From Eledone cirrhosa (taxonomy: Eukaryota): 64,000 nucleotides of DNA. Below the pieces are notes generated by a model that did not search any database, was not told the DNA's origin, and worked only from the letters and a program-made list of their open reading frames with translations. How positions within the stretch are numbered: position 1 is the stretch's first letter; each line of letters starts with the position of its first letter. The position numbers and the translations under genes are program-made. Of this stretch, positions 43,776 through 52,301 are shown piece by piece. Location: assembly GCA_964016885.1 (NCBI GenBank), contig CAXHJY010001609.1, positions 186,001 through 250,000 of the forward strand, in the 5' to 3' direction.

Positions 43776-44281
43776 TTTGAACAATTTACTAAAATTATTA
43801 ATTATTTCATTACTAAGATAATGTTTGAATACACAATTATATGGGTATATATATATAAACAGTATATATATACAGTATATATATAGTACAGAAAAGATGT
43901 AGTGGGATAAAGAGTAGTCTTAAGACAAGTCTGTCCAGATAGCTGTGCTGTAACTTACACTTATTGGGACTGTGTGTTGGCTAGCAGGCCTGTATTTTGG
44001 GATCTAGCTGGTCCATTATGAGGGAGGTCTGGTTAGTTGGCAATACCATGCCTTACTTGTGGTATATGTATGTATAGAAATAAATTATTGTACATGTATG
44101 TTTAGGTATGTGTTTAGATACATATATACATTTTCAGATGTATGCATGTAAGAGTATCTATATCTTTATATATATATATATATAAACATACATATGAGTG
44201 TATATATATATATATATATAAACATACATATGAGTATATATATATATATTTAAACATACATATGAGTGTATATATATATAT

Positions 44282-44462
44282 ATCATCATCATCATCATCA
44301 TCGTCATCGTTTTACGTCCGCTTTTTCTCTGCTTGCAAGGGTGAGAGGGGAACTAATTCTGGCTTGATTTCTGCAGCTGGATGCCCTTCCTAACACCAAC
44401 CTCATTTACAGTGAGTGCTGGGTGCTTTTTTGCCGTGGCACCTCCACGACCACTTTACAGTG
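44282..44462 (-). mobile_element. RTE 3'-end fragment or RTE-dependent SINE tail
   Basis: (CAT)n tail followed by TTTACGTCCGCTTTT...GCTTGCAAGGG (as at 46333) and GGATGCCCTTCCTAACACCAACC (as in the RTE 3' UTRs). Confidence 0.75.
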
Positions 44463-44489
44463 GAATGATAGGGACCCCTGTTCCTATCA

Positions 44490-44632
44490 TCTCATTTTTA
44501 CAGCTGAGTAAACTGGAGCAATGTGAAATAAAGTGTCTTGCTCAAGGAAAAAACACATAACCTGGTTTGAGAATTGAACTCACAACCTTTCGATTACAAG
44601 GCCAATGTTCTAACCACTAACCCATGTGCCTC
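44490..44632 (-). mobile_element. tRNA-derived CORE-type SINE (head plus core)
   Basis: Minus strand GGCACATGGGTTAGTGGTTAG (A box) ... GAGTTCAATTC (B box) ... CCTTGAGCAAGACACTTTATTTCACATTGCTCCAGTTTACTCAGCTGTAAAAATGAG (CORE-like). Confidence 0.8.
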
Positions 44633-44702
<70 letters not shown>

Positions 44703-44739
44703 TATATTATATTATATTATATATACATATATACAATCT

Positions 44740-46221
44740 ATGTATAATGAAACAGTCAGTAAGGTTAGAATTAACAATTAATATTGTGAAGAATTTAGTG
44801 TAAAAGTTGGTGTTCACCAAGGCTCTGTCCTGAGCCCCCTCCTATTTATCATTGCCCTTCAGGCTATAACAGAGGAGTTCAAGACGGGCTGCCCATGGGA
44901 ACTCTTATACGCAGATGATCTAACACTCATAGCTGAATCAATGGCTGAACTAGAGAAGAAATTCCTAATATGGAAGCATGGTCTAGAATCAAAAGGCCTT
45001 AAAGTTAACTTGTCTAAGACTAAAGTCCTAGTTTGTAGAAAGGAAAATAAGGCACAGGTACCCTCAGGGAAATGGCCTTGCTCATTGTGTAAGAAAGGAG
45101 AGGGCAGAAATTCAATTTTATGTCCCAAATGCAAAGTATGGGTACATAAAGATGTAGTAGGATCACAGGTAAACTATCTAAGAATGTAGACTTTATATGT
45201 GGCCGATGCTCAGGTGACAGGTAGCAAGTGTCCACAGGATACTACCCCCTTCTATTGCCCAGATGGTTCCATAGAAATAGTAGACACTTTCCGTTACCTG
45301 GGTGACAAAATCAGCAGTGGTGGAGGGTGTTCTGAAAGTACAGTAGCCAGAGTCAGAACGGGATGGGAAAAGCTCAGAGAGCTTATACCACTATTGGCCG
45401 CTAAAGGGTTCTCTCTAAAAATGAAAGGCAGGCTGTATGATGCCTGCATACGAACAGCAATGTTAAATGGCAGTGAGACCTGGGCATTGTGTGCAGAGGA
45501 TATACGCAGACTGGACAGAAACGAAGCTTGCCTGCTACGCTGGATGAGTAATAGTAATATATGTGAACGGCAAAGCATAAACGAACTAAGGGAGAAATTA
45601 GGAATAAGAGGGATCAGATGTTTTTTACTCGAGAGAAGACTACGTTGGTATGTTGAGCATGAAAGACGACAGCTGTATAAAAAAGTGCAGGGCGATAAAA
45701 ATAGACGGTAGCCACGGAGTAGGCAGACCCAGAAAAACCTGGGACGACTTGATAAATTCCGACCTCACACACTTACACCTCTCTAAGACAATGTCACTGG
45801 ACCGATATCTTTGGCGCTACACAGTAATACAAAAGACCCGCCTTGCCTAAGTACAAAGCGAAACCTACAGTCAGTAGGCACCCCCGTCCCACTACCCCCA
45901 CCCCATCCACACCACCCCCTTAAATGTGAAGTTATGTTGGTACCACAACATCCAGTCCGAAACAAATGAGGTCGTGTAGGTGTCACGACAAAAAAACACA
46001 CAGTCCACGCTGTAATGTGGCCATGTAGGTAACACGGTAAAAACCTCCCAGTCCACACTGTAAATGTGGTTGGTGTTAGGAAGGGCATCCAGCGGTAGAA
46101 AACCCGCTAGACAGTCCTATACGAGCAGGACAACACATCTTGCCTCAAGTGGGAAACCTCCTGTCCAAACCCATGCAAGCGTGGAAGATGGACGTTAAAC
46201 GATGATGATGATGATGATGAT
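44740..46221 (+). mobile_element. 5'-truncated RTE-clade LINE (RT C-terminal half, 3' UTR, (GAT)n tail), with stops and frameshifts
   Basis: GVHQGSVLSP and LLYADD motifs, split ORFs at 44941, 45199 and 45650 matching the 650-aa ORF, shared ~350-bp 3' UTR and GAT tail at 46201-46221. Confidence 0.95.
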
Positions 46222-46307
46222 ATAAAACATATCTGTAATGTTATTTATATATATATATATAAAACATATATGTAATGTTATTTATATATATATATATATA
46301 TATATAA

Positions 46308-48022
46308 TCATCATCATCATCATCATCATCATTTTACGTCCGCTTTTCCCTGCTTGCAAGGGTGGGTCGGGTCTTATTCAGCATAGCATCTCTCCACTCG
46401 TCACGGTCCCTCGTCATCTCCACCGTGAGCTTCAATGATCTGAGGTCTGTTCTCACCACCTCCGCCCATGTTTTTCGTGGTCTAACTCTACCACGTCTTC
46501 CTTCAACTGGCATTTCCTGGCACTTCTTCACCCATCGGTCATCCTCCATGCGCATCACATGTCCATACCACCTCAGTCTCCTCTCCCGTACACTACATTC
46601 TATCCCTCTCAGACACAGTTTCTCTCTCAACACATTTATCCTGGGTCGTTCACGCACATCCAACGGAGCATGCTTGCCTCATTTCTCTCCAGCTGTCGCA
46701 TATCCTCTCCGGTTGCTGCCCATGTCTCACTACCATGCAGCATCGCGCTCCTCACACAGGCATCATACAACTGGCCTTTCGTACGCAGGGATAAACCCTT
46801 CTTCCTCAACAGAGAAAGCAGCTCCCTAAACTTCTTCCAACCCGTCCTTATTCTAGATACTATGGCCTCGGAACACCCTCCTCCCATGCTAAACTGATCT
46901 CCTAGGTACCGGAAGCTATCCACCACTTCTATAGCGCCCTCTCGCATTTGAAAAATGTGTCTATCAGTGCGACTTCTACTGTCTAATTTCCCTGTACATC
47001 TACTGCATACATATTTCTCCCTACCTGTTAGTTTGCCTGCTATCCCGCTACATCTCTTGTGTACCCAGGACCTGCTGTTTCCATAGCCGGAATTTATTCT
47101 CTAGCTCCTCTACTGATTCTGCTATAAGAGCCAGATCATCAGCATAGAGAAGTTCCCATGGACAGCCAGTCTTAAACTCCTCTGTTATGGCTTGGAGGAC
47201 TATAATGAACAAGAGCGGGCTGAGGACCGAACCCTGATGTACTCCTACTTGTATCTGGAATTCCTCACTAAACTCCATTCCTACCCTGACTTTACTGAGA
47301 GTACCTCTGTACAAAGTTTGCACTGTCCTCACAAGCCATTCCTCAACACCTAGCTTCCTTAGGGACCACCAGATGACAGATCGGGGTACCCTATCAAAGG
47401 CCTTCTCTAGGTCAACAAAGGCTAAGTATAGTGGCTTATTCTTCTCTAAGAACCTCTCTTGCATTTGTCTCACCAAGAAGAGGGCATCTGTTGTACTCTT
47501 CCCAGGCACAAAACCAAACTGCATCTCATCTAGTTTGACCCTTTCTCTAATTAGTTGTGCTAAAATCCTTTCTGCCACTTTCATAACCTGATCTATCAGT
47601 TTTATACCCCTATAATTGCTCCTCTCCAAAGCATCCCCTTTACCTTTGAAGCAATTTATGAGAATACTGCTGCACCAGTCTTTGGGTATGACACCACCAT
47701 ATATAGCCTGATTGATGATGCGTGCAACCAGTTTAGTGCCTACGTCCCCTGATGCTTTCAGCATCTCAGCAACTATTCCCGATGGTCCGGCCGCCTTACC
47801 ATTTTTCATTTCCCTAATCGCCTCTTGGACCCTATATTCGTCAATCTCAATAGCTGGTCCCTCTGTCGGATCTACCAAGGGTAATTTCTCTCTCTCCCAT
47901 TCGTTCTCCACATTCATCAGTCTCTCATAATGACATTTCCAGGCCTCCCTTTTCTGGTCATTCGTGACACTAAGTACACCGGCATCATCCCGGACACATT
48001 TATCTCCAACAACATCCTGATT
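46308..48022 (-). mobile_element. 5'-truncated RTE-clade LINE of a second subfamily, with an internal deletion
   Basis: ORF 47048-47917 carries RT motifs (QFGF, AFVDLEKAFDRV, QGSVLSP, YADD). Downstream pieces are frameshifted. Very short 3' UTR and (CAT)n tail at ~46308-46331. Lies tail-to-tail with the preceding copy. Confidence 0.95.
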
Positions 48023-48535
48023 TTATATATATGTTTTATATATATATATATATATAAAACATATCTGTAATGTTATATATATATATATATATACATATAT
48101 ATAAAACATATTTGTAATGTTATTCAATTGAAAATTAAACTTAAAGGTGTAGTAATGCCACAAACGTTTTTCTATCTTTAAATAATTAGATACTTATTTA
48201 TATAATTGTAAATACAAGTGCCACAGCACAACACACATATATATATATACATGCTAGAGTCCCAGAGAACGAGAGAAGAATGAAGGACAGGTATATGCAT
48301 GGTAGAAATAGCAGCCAAAGCCCAGCAAAGTACAGAATGAAGAACACACACACTCCCTCTCTCTTTCTCTCTCTCACACACACACATATATATTTATGTA
48401 TGCATGTATGTATATGGTTAATGGAATTATGTAATAAAATGAAGATGTATGAATAAAACTGTCTCTTATTTATTACACTGACACTTCGATTGATACCTTA
48501 CTGAGAAAATCCTAATTGTAAAGTGCTTTACTATA

Positions 48536-50931
48536 TCATCATCATCATCATCAACGTTTAACGTCCGTGTTCCACGCTTGCATGGGTTTGGACGGGGGTA
48601 GTCCCACTTGAGGCAAGAGTGATTGTCTTGCTCGCATAGGACTGTCTGGTAGGTTTTCTACAGTTGGATGCCCTTCCTAACACCAACCACATTTACAGTG
48701 TGGGTCTGGGAGGTTTTTACCGTGTTGCCTACACGGCCACATTACAGCGTGGACTGTGTGTTTTTTTGTCGTGACACCTACACGACCTCATTTGTTTTGG
48801 CCTCGATGGCGCGGCACCAACATAGCTTTACATAGAACGGGGTGGTGTGGATGGGGTGGGGGTGGTGGGACGGGGTGTATTTTGTTAGAGATGCCTACTG
48901 GCTGGAGTAGGTTTTACTATATATTTAGGTAAGGCGGGTCTTCTCTGTTACTGAGTACCGCCAAAGGTCTCGGTCCAGTGACATTGTCTTGGGGAGGTGT
49001 AAGTGTGTGATGTCGGAGTTTATCAGCTCGTCCCAGGTTTTTCTAGGTCTGCCTATTCCGTGACTAGCGTCTATCTTTATTGCCCTGCACTTTGTTATAC
49101 AGCTATCGACTTTCATGCGCATCATGTGTCCATACCAACGTAGCCTTCTCTCGAGTAAACAACATCTGATCCCTCTTATCTCTAATTTTTTCCTTAGTTC
49201 GTTTATGCTTTGCCGTTCACGTATATTAATGTTACACATCCAGCGGAGCATGCAAGCTTCGTTCCTCTCTAGTCTGCGTATATCCTCTGCACACAATGCC
49301 CAGGTCTCACTGCCATGCAGCATTGCTGTTCGTATGCAGGCATCGTACAACCTGCCTTTCATTTTTAGGGAGAACCCTTTAGCAGCTAATAGTGGTATAA
49401 GCTCTCTGAACTTTTTCCAACCAGTTCTGACTCTAGCTACAGTACTTTCAGAGCACCCTCCCCCACTGCTGATTTTATCGCCCAGGTAACGGAAGCTGTC
49501 CACTATTTCTATAGAACCCTCTGCGCAATTGAAAGAGCTAGTATTTTGTGGGCACTTGCTGCTACTTATTGCACCAGAACACCGGCCACATGTAAAATCT
49601 ATGTTCTTAGTTAGCTTACCTGTGATCCCACTACATCTTTTATGCACCCATACTTTGCATTTAGGACATAAAATGGAGTTTCTACCTACGCCTTTCCTAC
49701 ACACCAAGCACGACCATTTCCCAGAAGGGACCGCCGCCTTGTTTTCTTTCATACAAACTAGTACTTTGGTCTTAGCCAGGTTAATTTTAAGTCCTTTTGA
49801 CTCCAGGCCGTGCTTCCATGTTTGGAATTTCTTCTCTAGCTCGGCCATTGATTCAGCTATGAGTGTCAGGTCGTCTGCGTATAGGAGTTCCCATGGGCAG
49901 CCTGTCTTGAACTCCTCTGTTATAGCCTGAAGGGCAATAATAAATAGTAGGGGGCTGAGAACAGAGCCCTGATGGACGCCAACTTTTACGCTAAACTCTT
50001 CACTATATTTGTTGTTAATTCTAACCTTGCTGACTGTTTCTTTATACATGGCTTGTATAGCCCTCACAAGCCATTCGTCAACGCCTAGTTTTCTAAGAGC
50101 CCACCAGATAATGGAGCGGGGGACTCTGTCAAAGGCTTTCTCCAAGTCGACAAAAGCTAAGTAGAGGGGTTTACCTTTAGCTAGGTACTTCTCCTGTAGT
50201 TGTCGTACTATGAAAAGAGCGTCTGTGGTACTTTTGCCTGACACAAACCCGAACTGCATTTCATCTAGGTCAATTCTCTCTCTGATTAGTTGCGCTATTA
50301 CTTTTTCCGTGACCTTCATGACCTGGTCGATTAATTTAATGCCTCTATAGTTACTCCTATCTAGGGCGTCTCCTTTACCCTTATAACAGTTAACGATGAT
50401 GCTGCTATGCCAGTCCTTCGGAACAACCCCATTCTGTACGACTTGGTTAACTATGCGGGTGACCATGGTGTGTCCCACCGTGCCAGATGCCTTCAGCATC
50501 TCAGCAACTATTTCCGAAAGCCCAGCCGCCTTACCCGTCTTCATATCCTTGATTGCCTTACTTATTATACTCCCCTCGACTAACACTGCTGGTCCCTCTA
50601 TTGGGTCGATATGGGGGAGACTGTCTTTCTCCCATTTATTCTCCTCATTTAGTAGCCTTTCATAGTGACACTTCCAAGCTACCTTCTTATCAGCGTCGGT
50701 GATGGCAAGTGTGCCATCGTCGTTTAGTACACACTTCTCCCCGACAATATCACGGTTTTCCTTGACGCATTGCCTAACAATCCTGAACACCTCACGTTTT
50801 TGAACATGCTTGAACTTTCTTTCCTCAGCTTCCCTTCTTGCTAAGTACACTTGTCTCCTAGCTTCCCTCCTGGCCACTTGATAGTCTTCTCTACTTCCCC
50901 CATCCCGCCATACTTTCCAAGCCTGCTTTTT
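48536..50931 (-). mobile_element. 5'-truncated, young RTE-clade LINE
   Basis: (CAT)n tail, ~370-bp 3' UTR and an uninterrupted ORF running up to a truncation point in a TA run. Confidence 0.96.
48925..50877 (-). CDS. RTE LINE ORF (partial): reverse transcriptase with an embedded C4HC3 PHD-like finger; endonuclease missing
   Basis: 650-aa ORF with YKGKGD-NYRGIKL, QFGF, AFVDLEKAFDRV, GVHQGSVLSP, YADD, FRYLG and RRLRWYGH motifs. The frame is also open upstream to the truncation, so the listed start is not a real start codon. Confidence 0.9.
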   Translation of the reverse strand: MARREARRQVYLARREAEERKFKHVQKREVFRIVRQCVKENRDIVGEKCVLNDDGTLAITDADKKVAWKCHYERLLNEENKWEKDSLPHIDPIEGPAVLVEGSIISKAIKDMKTGKAAGLSEIVAEMLKASGTVGHTMVTRIVNQVVQNGVVPKDWHSSIIVNCYKGKGDALDRSNYRGIKLIDQVMKVTEKVIAQLIRERIDLDEMQFGFVSGKSTTDALFIVRQLQEKYLAKGKPLYLAFVDLEKAFDRVPRSIIWWALRKLGVDEWLVRAIQAMYKETVSKVRINNKYSEEFSVKVGVHQGSVLSPLLFIIALQAITEEFKTGCPWELLYADDLTLIAESMAELEKKFQTWKHGLESKGLKINLAKTKVLVCMKENKAAVPSGKWSCLVCRKGVGRNSILCPKCKVWVHKRCSGITGKLTKNIDFTCGRCSGAISSSKCPQNTSSFNCAEGSIEIVDSFRYLGDKISSGGGCSESTVARVRTGWKKFRELIPLLAAKGFSLKMKGRLYDACIRTAMLHGSETWALCAEDIRRLERNEACMLRWMCNINIRERQSINELRKKLEIRGIRCCLLERRLRWYGHMMRMKVDSCITKCRAIKIDASHGIGRPRKTWDELINSDITHLHLPKTMSLDRDLWRYSVTEKTRLT

Positions 50932-50965
50932 TATATATATATATATAAAATTGTGTAGGACATGA

Positions 50966-51000
<35 letters not shown>

Positions 51001-51041
51001 TTCAAAATATTAACAAAAATAGACATTCGTGTGATCAAGTA

Positions 51042-51108
51042 TATTTTATTATACATATTTCAAAGGTACTGAGCTATCTTCAACAGTACGTCCTCATCAG
51101 ATAAAATA
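51042..51108 (-). ncRNA. Type I hammerhead ribozyme candidate (mirror copy)
   Basis: Minus strand TATTTTAT CTGATGA GGAC GTACTG ttgaagatagct CAGTAC CTTT GAAA TATGTA TA ATAAAATA. Stem II contains a perfect GTACTG/CAGTAC helix. Confidence 0.65.
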
Positions 51109-51187
51109 AGATGTAGCATGGCATACCCTGACATAGTAGATGGTTAAGATTCAGTCAGGGTATGTCAGGGTATGTCATGCATCATCT

Positions 51188-51254
51188 TATTTTATCTGAT
51201 GAGGACGTACTGTTGAAGATAGCTCAGTTCCTCTGAAATATGTATAATAAAATA
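51188..51254 (+). ncRNA. Type I hammerhead ribozyme candidate
   Basis: Stem I TATTTTAT/ATAAAATA (8 bp), core CTGATGA at 51196, imperfect stem II, GAAA at 51235, near-palindromic minimal stem III ATATGTAT, and a U-A cleavage site after 51246. Confidence 0.65.
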
Positions 51255-51396
51255 TACTTGATCACACGAATGTCTATTTTTGTTAAATGTTTTGAATTAA
51301 TATTAATAACTCTGGAAAACCATAGCTGTTGAGTGCTTCCCATCTATTGTAAAACTCATTCTTTGATTTATTCATTGAACCTTGTTTAACCTTTAA

Positions 51397-51448
<52 letters not shown>

Positions 51449-51532
51449 AAAGGTAAACAGAAATAACAACACAATCGGTACAGTATATGGAAGGTATATA
51501 TTAGGTTAACGCTTGATATAGCAGGAAGAGGG

Positions 51533-51568
51533 TCTTGACGTTTTGGATGCTAGTCCTTTATCAGAAGA
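51533..51568 (-). ncRNA. Degenerate minimal hammerhead, probably inactive
   Basis: Minus strand TCTT CTGATAA AGGA ctagca TCC AAAAC GTC AAGA. Stems I and II and the palindromic ACGT stem III are present, but two core G residues read A. Confidence 0.5.
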
Positions 51569-51730
51569 AAGAGTGATACATAAAATAGATATATATATAT
51601 AGTAAAGCACTTTACGATTAGGATTATATATATATATATATATATATAAGTTATTCCGGGTTGAATCAGAGGTAACCACAGTAAGTAAGGTACTCAATAC
51701 ATAGCAGAGTATAAACGTTTTACTATAGAA

Positions 51731-51785
51731 GAGCTTCTACAGGACTAGAACTGTTTCATTCATGAGAAATCATCAGGGAGCTGCC
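51731..51785 (-). ncRNA. Type I hammerhead ribozyme candidate
   Basis: Minus strand AGCTCC CTGATGA TTTC tcat GAAT GAAA CAG ttctagtc CTG TA GAAGCT. Intact core, 4-bp stem III, GUA triplet, stem I 5/6 paired. The closing pair of stem II is non-canonical. Confidence 0.6.
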
Positions 51786-52301
51786 TGTCTAGGTAGTTGT
51801 ATTTATATATTTTCTTTTCTGGTGGTAGGAGAGGGTGGGGGTTGGGATGGGTGGAGGTCATTGGTTGAAGGATTTAAAGAAAAGGGAGTTCATTAAAAAC
51901 TAATTCTTTAAAGCTATAGTATTAACAAAGGCAGGAAGAATAATGTAAACAAAATCATGTTAGGAATACCAATCCTAGTTTATCACTGAGACTAACAATG
52001 GCTGTAAGACAGGTCTCTACAGGATGGGTGGGGTTCAATGGTTTAAAGAAAAGGGAAATTCTTTAGAAGCTAATTCTTTAAGGCTGAAGTAGGGTGACAA
52101 AGGCAGAAAGGGTTCCATCAACACATTCAAGTGTTGGGTGCTTCCCCTTATTTTGAAGTTTCTCTTAATATATATTCCAGGTGTTGACAAACACATTCAC
52201 ACACTCGCCCACTTACACACACATACACACACAACAAACATACATAATGGTACATACACATATACAAATATATACACATATATATACATATACATACACA
52301 T

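Larger units (their letters stand above)
50995..51302. repeat. Foldback palindrome (~140-bp arms, ~25-bp spacer), probably inverted Penelope-like pseudo-LTRs
   Basis: Left arm ~50995-51135 is the reverse complement of right arm ~51161-51302 with few mismatches. Abuts a (TA)n run. Confidence 0.92.

Noticed and set aside
43500-44393. ORFs rich in Y/I/H/T
   Set aside because: They are translations of TA/CA microsatellites and minisatellites.
44560-44632. tRNA gene
   Set aside because: A and B boxes are present but run into a SINE core with no proper cloverleaf, so it is a SINE head.
48838-48878. G-quadruplex-like tract as a separate feature
   Set aside because: It is part of the shared RTE 3' UTR (C-rich on the element's sense strand) and is not locus-specific.
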